Below, one piece after another: positions 1-9,754 of a stretch of 64,000 bases of DNA. The notes beneath the pieces were generated by a model, which saw nothing but the letters and a program-made list of their open reading frames with translations, made no database searches and had not been told where the DNA came from. The first letter of the stretch is position 1. The number at the start of each line of letters is the position of its first letter. The position numbers and the translations under genes are program-made. Source of the stretch: Candidatus Heimdallarchaeum aukensis (GTDB taxonomy: Archaea; Asgardarchaeota; Heimdallarchaeia; Heimdallarchaeales; Heimdallarchaeaceae); NCBI GenBank assembly GCA_021513695.1, contig CP084166.1, positions 1,440,001 through 1,504,000 of the forward strand. The letters are read 5' to 3'.

Positions 1-54
1 GGCACCTGCCTGCGGAGCAGGGTATCGCAGGTTCAAGTCCTGCCTGGCCCGCCA
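1..54 (+). tRNA. tRNA-Arg (anticodon GCG), 3' portion only; the 5' part lies outside the window. CCA is genome-encoded.
   Basis: Reads as anticodon stem CCTGC/GCAGG with 7-nt loop CTGCGGA (U33, anticodon GCG, G37), a 5-nt variable loop GTATC, a T-arm GCAGG-TTCAAGT-CCTGC, acceptor 3' strand CTGGCCC, discriminator G and CCA ending at 54. Confidence 0.65.
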
Positions 55-57
55 TTT

Positions 58-708
58 TTACAGAAGTGAATGTTTTGTTTTATAAAAGGGGCTTGTCTTT
101 TTCAAGGGAACCTCCAAAAATGCTTCTGCAAACCCCACTTGTGCTTGTGTACCTCTCATTTTTGTTCTATACTTATGAAACTCAATATAGAAATTATTTC
201 CTCCTTTGTCGAGCTGAGAACTATAACATTTCATAGCTTTTTCTTTTACTTCAACAAAATCTGAAATGTCAACAAGTACATGAGGGTTCGATAATAGAAC
301 TGTCGTTTCAGTGAAATAAAGCTTAGAAACAATAAAGGAGTTTGAATACTGTGTTTCATGTGCTGCCCATTCTATTGCCTCTTTAACCATAGAACTTGTT
401 AAACGATGTTCAACATGATAATCATTATCCATATGGGTCACTATTATTTCAGGACGATAAGTAAGAATAAAATCAATAATTTGATTTTTCATTTCTACTT
501 CATTATTTTCTATTGTTTTGTAATTTAGGATTATTGCTTTTTTAACGTTTAAAATCTTTGTAGCTTCTATGTATTCTTTTTTTCTTACTTCATTTGAAGT
601 CAAACAAAGCGAATATACATTATTTCCCAAAGCGGAATAGCGAGCAATGGTTCCTCCTGTACTAAAACTTTCATCATCAGGGTGTGCAAAAATAAAGGCA
701 ATATTCAT
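58..708 (-). CDS. LmbE/PIG-L family N-acetylglucosaminyl deacetylase
   Basis: N-terminal 'FIFAHPDDESFSTGGT' (AHPDDE zinc-binding motif of the PIG-L family). Start moved to the ATG at 706-708 ('MNIAFIF...'), because the longer ORF adds a hydrophobic leader. Confidence 0.7.
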   Translation of the reverse strand: MNIAFIFAHPDDESFSTGGTIARYSALGNNVYSLCLTSNEVRKKEYIEATKILNVKKAIILNYKTIENNEVEMKNQIIDFILTYRPEIIVTHMDNDYHVEHRLTSSMVKEAIEWAAHETQYSNSFIVSKLYFTETTVLLSNPHVLVDISDFVEVKEKAMKCYSSQLDKGGNNFYIEFHKYRTKMRGTQAQVGFAEAFLEVPLKKTSPFYKTKHSLL

Positions 709-761
709 AAAGAAAATTAAAAAAAAGTAGAGATAAAGATTTCTATCTTCTAAAAAAATCA

Positions 762-1757
762 TTATTTTTTGGTGATATAGTCTACTGCATTAATCCCTGC
801 CTTGTATCCTTCACCCATTAATATTGCACAATAATCTTTTTCTCCTGTTATTACTCCTGCTGCAAAAAGTCCTGGAATGTTTGTTTCTTTTATATTATTT
901 GTTTCTAAGAATCCTTCTTCATCAATTCTTATATCGAGTTCTTTCAACATTGAGAAATCAGGTTTATCTTTTAATTCTATAAAAACTGCATTTACTGAAA
1001 GTTCTTTTTCTTCTCCATCTTCAACAAATTTTATTCCAGTTACAAATTGTGACCCCACTACTTCAACCTTTGATAGATCAATTCCATATTTTATTTTTAC
1101 ATTTGGTGATTTTTCCAGTTTTTTCATGAAACGTTTGTCAATGTCAAGAGTAGATGATGGACAAAGAACAGTGACTTTTCTGCAATATTTTCTTAAGAAA
1201 AGAGCTCCTCTTGCAGCGAAATTATCTTTTCCAATAATGCACACTTTCTTTCCTCTAAACAAAGCTCCGTCACACACCGCACAATAAGATAAACCTTGTC
1301 CTTCAAATTCCTCTTCTCCCTTAACTGCACCTTTCAATTCTGGAAGATCATAAGCTAGAATAACAGCCTTTGCTTTGAATGATTCCCCATCTTCGGTCAC
1401 TAAAACAAAATCTTCTTCTTTTATGATCTTTGAAATTTCTTCCTCTTCAATCTCAATTCTTTTCTCTTTTACCTTTAAATTATCATCTTGTTCATCAGAA
1501 GATGAAAAATAAGAAATATATTCATTGTTAAATTTTTCAATTTGCCCCAAAATCTGAACAATGTAATCAACGCCCACTACGCTTTCAACCCCAGGAATTG
1601 TGTCAATGGTTCCTTTTTTTGCTGTATTTGTATCATAGGGTATTCCAAAAAGTTTTATTTTAAGGTCTGGGTTTTTTGAATATGCAGCTATCGCAGCTGA
1701 TAACCCTGTCAATCCTGAACCAATTATAGCTAAATCAATAGTCCCATCTCTATTCAT
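762..1757 (-). CDS. Thioredoxin reductase-like FAD/NAD(P)-dependent disulfide oxidoreductase
   Basis: N-terminal dinucleotide-binding 'DLAIIGSGLTGLSAAIAA', redox-active 'CAVCDG' motif, second Rossmann 'KKVCIIGKDNFAARGA' and C-terminal 'GLFAAGVITG'. Start taken at the ATG at 1755-1757 ('MNRDGTIDLAIIGSG'); the upstream ORF extension overlaps the divergent wHTH gene. Confidence 0.7.
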   Translation of the reverse strand: MNRDGTIDLAIIGSGLTGLSAAIAAYSKNPDLKIKLFGIPYDTNTAKKGTIDTIPGVESVVGVDYIVQILGQIEKFNNEYISYFSSSDEQDDNLKVKEKRIEIEEEEISKIIKEEDFVLVTEDGESFKAKAVILAYDLPELKGAVKGEEEFEGQGLSYCAVCDGALFRGKKVCIIGKDNFAARGALFLRKYCRKVTVLCPSSTLDIDKRFMKKLEKSPNVKIKYGIDLSKVEVVGSQFVTGIKFVEDGEEKELSVNAVFIELKDKPDFSMLKELDIRIDEEGFLETNNIKETNIPGLFAAGVITGEKDYCAILMGEGYKAGINAVDYITKK

Positions 1758-1879
1758 ATAAGAAGTAAACACAGAATTAAAAATAAAGTTAACTATCGAT
1801 TTTTTTGCGGATAGTTTTTCGACATCCTTTTTATAAAATAACGAGAAAATATATATAGAAAATTTTATGGGGACTAAAA

Positions 1880-2098
1880 ATGGGCAAACAAGAAATTTCT
1901 GTTTCAGGACAAAGATTAATTCAATTACTTGAAGAAAAAGGTCCTTTGACACAAAAACAATTAATTATTGAGTCAGAGATACCTGCTCGAACAGCTAGAT
2001 ATGCCTTAAAAAGATTAATCGAAATGGGATTGATCATAAAAAGGAATAATTTAGCAGATATGAGAAGCGTCTATTATTTCTTAGTTGAGGAAAACTAA
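1880..2098 (+). CDS. Small winged-helix transcriptional regulator (72 aa)
   Basis: 'GQRLIQLLEEKGPLTQKQLIIESEIPARTARYALKRLIEMGLI' is a typical HTH plus wing. Divergent from the trxB-like gene. Confidence 0.5.
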   Translation: MGKQEISVSGQRLIQLLEEKGPLTQKQLIIESEIPARTARYALKRLIEMGLIIKRNNLADMRSVYYFLVEEN

Positions 2099-2133
2099 TC
2101 TATAGTAACTTCCCCAACTTTTTATTTATATTA

Positions 2134-3708
2134 CTATATTTTAGCTGTGTAATTGATTTTGTTGTTTGTTTCACTCCCAGGGAATATTCCAAGTATTCTC
2201 CTAAAGTTAGAAGGAATAAAGACTTCAGATACTACAATTGCTCCATCAGAAGAGATATCTATAATATTAAAACTGTTTTCACTACTTGCAGTTTTTTGAG
2301 AAGAAAAAGTATTACAGTTTACAAAAACTGTTTTCTCAACTCTCGTACAGAAAGCTCGACCTAGATGACCTGACATAACTAAGTTCACATTTGTATCAAC
2401 TAACAACCGTAGAACATCTCCAGCATCTTCTAATGCAGAAGTTTCTCGGGTACCTGGAATAGGCACAAGATGATGATGCATTATAACACTATTAAATTGC
2501 TTACTTCGTTCTTTTTTAGCTTGATGTACATAACGATGTAACTTTAATTGAGTTCTCCTCCCAACTACACCAATATCAGTTCCAGCTTCAGAGGTATTAA
2601 GAACATAAAAATTAGAATTTTCTTTTTCTATTAAATGTTCAATGTCAAAATATTTGTTTAGGAGAGATTCTCCATACCCTCTAAGATCTCTTGGCCCTGG
2701 ACAGAAAATAAACTTCTCTTTGTATTTGAGAAAATGTTCTATTGCTTGTTCATATTCATCAGAGTATCCACTGTATGTCAAATTACCATTATGAATTATT
2801 ACATCTGGTTTTGTATCATCTATCAATTTCATTCCTTTTTTAAAATACTCAGCTTGTTTAGACCAAGAAGAACCAAAATCTGTTCCTGATAATTGTACAA
2901 TGCGTAACCATTTTCCTCCAGAAGAATTAACCATACGAAAACGCCTTGTTATGGTTTTAATCTCTTCATGCAGTTCATTTCCTTTAGATTCAATAGTTTT
3001 AATTTTCACATCTTTCTGAGGTCTTATTTCTACTAAATTAAAAGAATGAGGTTCTCCGCTCCTTGTTTTATAACTTGAAATCGAACCAGAGGAAATAATT
3101 ATAGTATCTTCCACTTTGTATACATTGGGATGATGTTTATGACCAGTAAAAACAGCATCTACACCATAGTCAAGCAAAATTGAAAGCATTTCTCCAGAAT
3201 CCACAGCATTAGACCTTTCTCTCCCCACCTTAGGAATTGGTAGTAGATGATGATGGAAAGCCACTATTTTTATTCTATCTTCTCCAAACTTAGTAAGTAT
3301 TTTTTTAGCAAAATCAAACGCTTTCCTTCCAAAACGACCACTATCTCGATCAGGAACACAAGAATCTAATCCAATAAAAAGAACTTTATCATCAACATCA
3401 AAAAAATCTCTTTCTCCCACCATCTTTTCCCAAACTTCGAACCCACCAGAACGACTGTCATGATTTCCGATGATCCAGTGGATCTTAGGGAGGTTAATTA
3501 ATTCCCTTAATTTATTTGCAAACACATAATCCTCATATAATCCGTCTTGAGTTAAGTCACCAGAAAAAATTCCGAAGTCTATTTTCAATTTATTTGCTAA
3601 TGAATTAATTTCATTCACTGCAGCAAAATATTCGGAAGAAACAAATTGAGGTCTAGAAGTTATGTGTGTATCACCAAAGTGAATTATCCTAACAGCTGAA
3701 TCACGCAT
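2134..3708 (-). CDS. Tandem-domain metallophosphoesterase (two calcineurin-like phosphoesterase domains)
   Basis: Domain 1 has 'IIHFGDTHI', 'GNHD' and 'GHKHH'. Domain 2 has 'IIHNGNLTYSG', 'FCPGPRDL' and 'MHHHLVPIPG'. Start set at the ATG at 3706-3708 ('MRDSAVRIIHFGDTHI'). Confidence 0.7.
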   Translation of the reverse strand: MRDSAVRIIHFGDTHITSRPQFVSSEYFAAVNEINSLANKLKIDFGIFSGDLTQDGLYEDYVFANKLRELINLPKIHWIIGNHDSRSGGFEVWEKMVGERDFFDVDDKVLFIGLDSCVPDRDSGRFGRKAFDFAKKILTKFGEDRIKIVAFHHHLLPIPKVGRERSNAVDSGEMLSILLDYGVDAVFTGHKHHPNVYKVEDTIIISSGSISSYKTRSGEPHSFNLVEIRPQKDVKIKTIESKGNELHEEIKTITRRFRMVNSSGGKWLRIVQLSGTDFGSSWSKQAEYFKKGMKLIDDTKPDVIIHNGNLTYSGYSDEYEQAIEHFLKYKEKFIFCPGPRDLRGYGESLLNKYFDIEHLIEKENSNFYVLNTSEAGTDIGVVGRRTQLKLHRYVHQAKKERSKQFNSVIMHHHLVPIPGTRETSALEDAGDVLRLLVDTNVNLVMSGHLGRAFCTRVEKTVFVNCNTFSSQKTASSENSFNIIDISSDGAIVVSEVFIPSNFRRILGIFPGSETNNKINYTAKI

Positions 3709-3775
3709 TGTGACAAGTATTTGTAAATGGATAAAAAACCTTTTTCTAAAAAATTTAAAATGATTTTTTGAGAAT

Positions 3776-4171
3776 TTAAACAACAAGCAAGTTTAGCGGA
3801 TTTAGCATTCCAATAATCTTATCTCCATCCTTAACTATCAAGTGGTTTATTCTCTTTTCTTTCATTTTAACGAGAGCGACTGAAATTGTTTCTCTTGCTG
3901 AGATAGAGATTAATGGGCTAGTCATAATTTCTTTAATTTTTGTTTTATTGAAGTCTAGTTCCTTATAAAGAGCTTTTACGATATCTTTAGTTGTAATAAT
4001 ACCGACTGGCTCGTTATCATTTGTTACAAGTATGGAACCAATATCGAAATCTGCTATTATTTTAACAGCTTCATTTAGATTCTTTTCTCCTTCAATGAAT
4101 AATACACCTTTTGTCATAACACTTGTTACAGGTTCTTCATAAATAGGTTCTCGCAGAGTCATTATCCTCAA
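3776..4171 (-). CDS. CBS-domain pair protein
   Basis: 131 aa. Two CBS-like repeats ('VMTKGVLFIEGEKNLNEAVKII...GSILVTNDNEPVGIITTKDIV' and '...RINHLIVKDGDKIIGML'). Confidence 0.65.
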   Translation of the reverse strand: MRIMTLREPIYEEPVTSVMTKGVLFIEGEKNLNEAVKIIADFDIGSILVTNDNEPVGIITTKDIVKALYKELDFNKTKIKEIMTSPLISISARETISVALVKMKEKRINHLIVKDGDKIIGMLNPLNLLVV

Positions 4172-4305
4172 AATAAGCTTTTATTTGCTTTTATTAATGT
4201 TTTTGAAAAAAGATAATTACAAAAAAAAGAAAAATTTGATACGAAAAACTAATATGTAGATTCAATATAATAATAGAATCGAGAGAACTAGGAGTAGGAA
4301 AAAAG

Positions 4306-4752
4306 TTGTATGCGGATAGTCAAGAGATATTTCATTTAGCGACGCAATTACAAAGAATAAATTACTTGGGGCATGTACAAACTTTCCAAATTGAATTCGA
4401 CTATTTAGAAGAAGAGATGAAAAAGAAACTTCTGGATGTATTTAATGATTCTACGGGTATTGGTCAATTCAAGTCAGATATGATAATAATAGAACAAGTA
4501 GGGGAAAGAGATTTTCTTAAGACTGTTGAGACATTTCAATATATTGCTAAGGTTATGGGGGATCTGTCAGCAATAGATAGTATAACTGCTTTAGTAGAAA
4601 TAAATTACAAAAATGATGTTCATTTTATCGTTGTTTCCTTTGTACCACCTGATTCATTGGAATTAATAAGTACAAGTGAAAGTAAACTATATTTTGAACT
4701 ATTAAACTATGTAAGAACAAAATGGGCATTTTCAAAGACATTTATTCGATAA
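4306..4752 (+). CDS. Hypothetical protein (148 aa)
   Basis: Open frame with a TTG start in the ORF track and no recognisable motif. Possibly a roadblock-like alpha/beta fold, but unsupported. Confidence 0.35.
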   Translation: MYADSQEIFHLATQLQRINYLGHVQTFQIEFDYLEEEMKKKLLDVFNDSTGIGQFKSDMIIIEQVGERDFLKTVETFQYIAKVMGDLSAIDSITALVEINYKNDVHFIVVSFVPPDSLELISTSESKLYFELLNYVRTKWAFSKTFIR

Positions 4753-4770
4753 TAATTTCTACTAGTTTTA

Positions 4771-5856
4771 CTAGGCAAATGGTCTTTCTCTTAATAGGGC
4801 ACGAAGTAATTCCAAATTTGTTTGTATTTTAGGTGAATTGATGGGTAAATTTTCATTTTTTATGGAATCAATTATATCATATAATATATATGTTGCAATA
4901 TGGAAATCTATTGTATAACCATCTGGATACATCGATTGGAGGTCTTGTTCTACTCCAATTTCAGTTAGAGTTTTATCATATTCGTATATAAATTTCATAA
5001 CTTTATTTTTTGTTGAAGTAAAAGATTTAGTACTTTTATATTCGGTTATAACATCAAGAGCAAAATAAGCACCAATATCCTCGCATCTATCTCTATTAGC
5101 TTCTATAAATTCTGAATTAAAAACATAAACTTTCACTTTTTCGCAATCTTGTTCAGTTAAACTGGAACGGTCTGAAGATGAATCAATAACCATTTTTAAG
5201 TTAGACTTATGAAAATCACCATGAATAACAGCAGAACCCTTGGATTTTTGTAAAATAGCTAAGGAGGGAACAAGGAGATCAATCAATTCTTGTTCTAGAT
5301 CCTCGTTGTTCAATAAAGAGATCAAAAATAGAATGACCGTTTTATAAGGTTCAACATCAATTTCTTTTGCTCCTATCCCATGAATTAAGGCCAAGGTTTT
5401 TGCTGCGAGTTTTAATGAATCATCTTCTGAAATGTTGCTTTTTACGTCAATCCCTAAACCTGCTTCATAGATAATACACTTGTTTTTTGCACTTTTATAG
5501 ATAATAGGAGGAACTAAAACACAAGGATAGTTTTTCAATGAGGAAGCTAAAATTTCATAATTGCTAATTTCTTTGATATAAGCCTCTTCGTCCTTACTGA
5601 ACTTTACTATTAAATAAACGACATGTTTACCCAATTCAGATTCTAAATTATATGTTACAAAGTGTGTTTTTGAACGAGAGGAACGAAAATCCTGGGAAGT
5701 AACATCAACAATGGATATTTGATGGGGAGTAGCGTTTGTTTCTTTTTCAACAGATTGCTTAAAGTATTCTTTTAAACTCTCTCCAATTATAGTAAGTATT
5801 CTTTTCAGTTTTTCAAAATCTTTTTTATTGTTTGGAGAGTTATTTGCTTTTTGCAT
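4771..5856 (-). CDS. Kinase-like phosphotransferase (APH/choline-kinase fold) family protein
   Basis: Catalytic-loop-like 'VIHGDFHKSNL' (HGD motif), followed by a 'FNSEFIEA' D-x-E-like segment and an upstream beta-strand Lys region 'VYLIVKFSKDEE'. Confidence 0.45.
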   Translation of the reverse strand: MQKANNSPNNKKDFEKLKRILTIIGESLKEYFKQSVEKETNATPHQISIVDVTSQDFRSSRSKTHFVTYNLESELGKHVVYLIVKFSKDEEAYIKEISNYEILASSLKNYPCVLVPPIIYKSAKNKCIIYEAGLGIDVKSNISEDDSLKLAAKTLALIHGIGAKEIDVEPYKTVILFLISLLNNEDLEQELIDLLVPSLAILQKSKGSAVIHGDFHKSNLKMVIDSSSDRSSLTEQDCEKVKVYVFNSEFIEANRDRCEDIGAYFALDVITEYKSTKSFTSTKNKVMKFIYEYDKTLTEIGVEQDLQSMYPDGYTIDFHIATYILYDIIDSIKNENLPINSPKIQTNLELLRALLRERPFA

Positions 5857-5913
5857 TTAATTCAACTTATAGATATAATTCAAACTTATAAAAGCTTTAT
5901 GTGTTTACTATGG

Positions 5914-6300
5914 GGTAGTGTCTAGTTTTTATACCACCTCCTAGGCAAAAAGGAATTAAGGGGTGGGTGTCCAAGGCTCTGGTGGGGGCGAATGAAGTTA
6001 TAATAAAGCATAAAGAGAGTAAGAAAACCAGAGAGATGATCGGAGCCATAAATAGCTCGAATAGAACAGGTACAGTGGAGAACAGAGTGAAACCAACGAT
6101 AGGTCTTAAGACTGGCATTAAAGCGCTCAACATATGACCGTATACCACCACTAACAACAAGATGATTAAGCCCGAGACGAGATAGATAGGATAGAATAGC
6201 AGGAACCAGCATCAGTGACGACGATACGTGGTTTTGAGGCCCAACAGCGGAACCAATAACGAAAAGTTAGTAAGCACTCGAGGACACTACTACCTTTACT
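5914..6300 (-). mobile_element. Truncated copy (left ~385 bp) of the IS6-family element found intact at 54324..55089
   Basis: Begins with the same terminal inverted repeat GGTAGTGTCTAGTTTTT (5914-5930). It is ~75% identical over ~380 bp to 54324-54712. It encodes the transposase C-terminus ('...ERFNASLKTY...YNFIRPHQSL...PRRWYKN*') on the minus strand. There is no right inverted repeat and no target-site duplication, so this is a solo or partial copy. Confidence 0.7.
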
Positions 6301-8873
6301 GTTTACTCTAATGGAACATATGTTATTTCAGTCTCTGATCTTACTGATTTTGGTAAATATCAGTTAGTAGTATTATTAACCTTAGATGGTTACGTTGATC
6401 AAAGCTTCACTCTGAACATTTTACTTTTAGAGAGAGAAACAACATTGAGTTCAACTACAGGAACTAGCCTACAGATTTACACAATTGATACCTTGAATCT
6501 ATTTTTAGAATACAAAGACAAAAATACTGATACAGCAATAGAAGCAGATGATAATCAAATTTCTTTTGCTCAAGGAACAGGAAATGAAACTTTAACCCTC
6601 AGTTTTTACTTTGAATCAATAAGTTACAATGGTTACACAGTCACTCTTCATTCTTTCACTTTTGACCCTAATGAAGCTACTGCAGCAGGATATGTATTTG
6701 TTTTCAACATTACACTTTCAAAATTTGGATATTCTAACAATTCAATTATAATCTATTTAAGAGTTGATATCAATCCTTCTGATATTCAGTGCCTAGAAGA
6801 TAGTATACTTATTGATTCTTCACAACAAGCATCTTTTACAATTTTCTATATTGATACAGTTTCTAATACAAACATTACTGGTGCGTTCATTAGCGTGTTA
6901 CAGTTAAATGGTTCTTCTTCTGATATCGATTCACTTTTAGCTTATAGTTCTACACCCTTTTACATTGTCTATATTGATCCTGATAATGTAAATGCTGTAG
7001 ATAAGACCTTTATGTTTAATGTTACACTCTATAAGGCGGGATATGAGAATCAATCTTACATTATTTACCTAACCGTAGTGTATAATCCCACCACAATTAG
7101 TGCAGAAGAAACAGAAAGTACCATTTTTGCGGATCAAGTCGCAGAATTTACACTGTATTATATAAATGATAAAACAGATACATATATAGAAGATGCTTCA
7201 GTAACCATTGAAATTGTCAATGGTTCAATGTATATAGAAGAATATTATGCTACAGGAACAAGTCCCTATATGTTTATATTAACCCTTATGATTAAAATTC
7301 CTCAGATTTAACTTTTGAAATAAGAATCACAATATCAAAAGGAGGATATAAAGAACAATCTATAGTACTTTATTTGCATGTAAAGATTCATCCTACAAGG
7401 ATATTCTCCTCTAGTAGCACTCAAACAATTTATGCAGATGAAACAGCAGATTTCACTGTTTATTACTGGGATACTTACAATGTTTTAATTGAAGAAGCAA
7501 ACCATACAGTAGAACTTACTCTTGGTGATTCAATAGATGTTGAAGGAGTAAGTTTGTTACATAACCAAGTTCTAGATGCTTACATTATCTCTTTTGATTT
7601 TAATGACTTTACAGTAACAAATGAAACATTTATTTTTAACATTACAATGTGGAAACCAGGATTCGAAAATCAATCAATAATACTAACGGTAAAAATCCAT
7701 GATTTCATTAGATATGAATTAAGCATAAACATCGATAGCGATACTATTCAACTTCTAAGTACAGTAACATTTACATTAATTCTAAAAGAAGCTATTATAC
7801 AGTTACTTGCTGATGATAATACAAAATTAGCTTATTCTCCTATTGGAGAAAATGTAACTTTAACTTTATTCCTTCTCGATAATGCTAATAATATCATTGA
7901 AACATCTACATTTAATATTACAATAAGTGATATTCAAAATGGTAATTATATTGGTCAATTCAAATATAGAGTTGAAAATTGGAAAGCTAAAAGCCTTAAA
8001 ATAGAGTGCACATATCTTCCTAAACAATCAAATATTGTTTCAACAACGAACTTCGATCTAACTTTTGAAATAAAGTTTCCATATTTCAATGATCTTTTCT
8101 ATGAATATCTATCTTACATGATTGCAGCAATTTCAATAATTGCCGTAGCAGCAATAACCTTGGCTGTTTATTTTGGAGTAGTTCGTCCCAAAAAACAAAG
8201 GCAACAAGCAAAAAGAAAACAATATTGTGATACTGTGTCAAATATACTTCAAAGCGTCACATCCATAAAGAAAGTTCTTGTTGTTCATAAAGATACTAGC
8301 TCTCCTGTTTATGAATTAGACTTAGGTTCAGATATGAGAGTAAGTTCAGCGCTTGTGACTGGATTTTTGCAAGCTGTATCCACAATGGCAAAAGAGATTA
8401 CAGGAAAAGATAAAGATGTTGTCAAAAAGTTAGATTACGGAGATTTAATTGTTACTTCTGCAGGCACAAAGAACTATATTACTTACATTTTCTCAGATAG
8501 AGAACTTTCAGAAGATATAACAAATGGTCTAAAAGAGTTCGTAAAATACTTTGAGAAAAGATTTTCTCATGTTGCAGAAAACTGGATTGGTTCCTTAGAT
8601 GAATTTAAAAAAGCAGAAAAGGCAATTTTGCGTAATTTAACAGAGCACTTATATATTTGGACATTATATCCTATAACTACTAATCCAACAATGGAAAAAG
8701 AAGTAAAGAAACTAGGTCCAATGAGCCAAAAAATAATTAAATTCGTTAAAGATACAAAAGAAGTAACAATAGGAATAATACTTCAATATTTCAACAGGTG
8801 GCCAAAAGAAGAAACTATTTCACTTGTCTTTGCTTTAGTTGAAGATCATTACCTTCTTACAAAGAGAATATAA
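6274..8873 (+). pseudogene. Disrupted large repeat-containing surface (S-layer/adhesin-like) protein with a C-terminal TM helix and a cytoplasmic roadblock/longin-like plus wHTH-like domain
   Basis: One gene in two frames (6274..7311 and 7296..8873). There are ~90-aa internal repeats, each ending with '...F(V/M/I)FN(I/V)TL.K.G(Y/F).N(Q/N)S.I(I/L)(Y/T)L.V', recurring at least five times with N-glycosylation-like N-x-S/T sites. The frameshift lies near 7285-7320 and is verified codon by codon. The N-terminus is missing: the frame opens right at the edge of the IS remnant at 6274, with no start codon or signal peptide. A TM segment 'IAAISIIAVAAITLAVYFGVVRPKKQRQ' is followed by a ~240-aa cytoplasmic domain. 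Confidence 0.6.
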
Positions 8874-8939
8874 CACTTTTTCTTTTTGTCTTTAATGTTA
8901 ACTTTATTAATTAACCTAATTCTCTTTTTTTAGATTATA

Positions 8940-9659
8940 ATGAAAAAATGGGAAGGATATGCGATCCTTTGCGATATGGATGGTGTCATTATAAGTATAA
9001 AAGAGAGATGGATAAACCCCTTTGAAAAAGCATTAAGAAAGGTTAAAGAAGATATAGATGAACATGCTCTGAGAGAACAAGCTCCATCTTTACTTCTAAC
9101 ACATGGAGGAAGAAGTAAAAAAATATGGTTAAGAGCAATTTTCAAGGTTTGTGGTTATGCGGGTTTGTCTAAATTTCAATCTTTTAGAGTGCTAATAAAT
9201 GTTGGTTTAATGCTTTTAAAACCTAAAAACTTTAAAATTGTTCCTTTTGATGGAGTTGAGGAAACTTTAGAAAAACTAAAAGGTTTAGGATTTAAACTTG
9301 CTTTAGTTACAACGGCTTCGAATTTTACCATAAGGAGGTTAAAAAAACTATATCCTGAAATTCATTCTAAGTATGACTTTATTTTCACGAGAAATGATGT
9401 AAAATTTACTAAACCCTTTCCAGACCAATTAAATTTAGCAATTGAGAAATTAAATGTTGATAGAGATAAGTGTGTTATGATTGGGGATTTGATGACTGAT
9501 ATTCTAGCTGGTAAAAATGCAGGAGTTAAAACTGTAGCTATCCTTAGTGAATACCCATTTATTACTGAAGCTCTTTTATCATCAGTAGAACCAGATCATA
9601 TGATAGAATCATTTTCTTTACTTCCAGAGTACCTAGATGACATTTTTACAAATAAATAG
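8940..9659 (+). CDS. HAD-superfamily (subfamily IA) hydrolase/phosphatase
   Basis: Motif I 'ILCDMDGVII' (DxDG), motif II 'LVTTAS', motif IV 'GDLMTDILAGKNAG'. An insertion between motifs I and II forms the cap. Confidence 0.7.
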   Translation: MKKWEGYAILCDMDGVIISIKERWINPFEKALRKVKEDIDEHALREQAPSLLLTHGGRSKKIWLRAIFKVCGYAGLSKFQSFRVLINVGLMLLKPKNFKIVPFDGVEETLEKLKGLGFKLALVTTASNFTIRRLKKLYPEIHSKYDFIFTRNDVKFTKPFPDQLNLAIEKLNVDRDKCVMIGDLMTDILAGKNAGVKTVAILSEYPFITEALLSSVEPDHMIESFSLLPEYLDDIFTNK

Positions 9660-9754
9660 CTAAATAGCTAAAATTTCTAATGCACTAATATATTTTTCCT
9701 AGTCTATCATAAGAAAAAGTTCAAAAACGCTATTAAAAACGCTAACATGTAAGA

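Noticed and set aside
70-1287. ORFs 70..264 (+) and 877..1287 (+) from the six-frame track
   Set aside because: They lie antisense within the LmbE-like and TrxR-like genes, which have strong conserved motifs. Their composition is Ser/Phe-rich and low-complexity, typical of the complementary strand of an AT-rich gene.
5897-6160. Hydrophobic 87-aa ORF (and its homolog at 54229..54558) containing 'GGGIKTRHY'
   Set aside because: Both are the same alternate reading frame of the IS6 transposase C-terminal region (the real frame carries ERFN..LK and YNFIRPHQSL). They are conserved between the two IS copies only because the DNA is.
6445-8873. Treating 6445..7311 and 7374..8873 as two independent genes
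   Set aside because: Codon-by-codon inspection shows that both frames stay open beyond the track boundaries (back to 6274 and to 7296). They carry the same ~90-aa repeat unit with the repeat register continuing across the junction. The 6445 'start' is only an in-frame TTG. So this is a single frameshifted gene.
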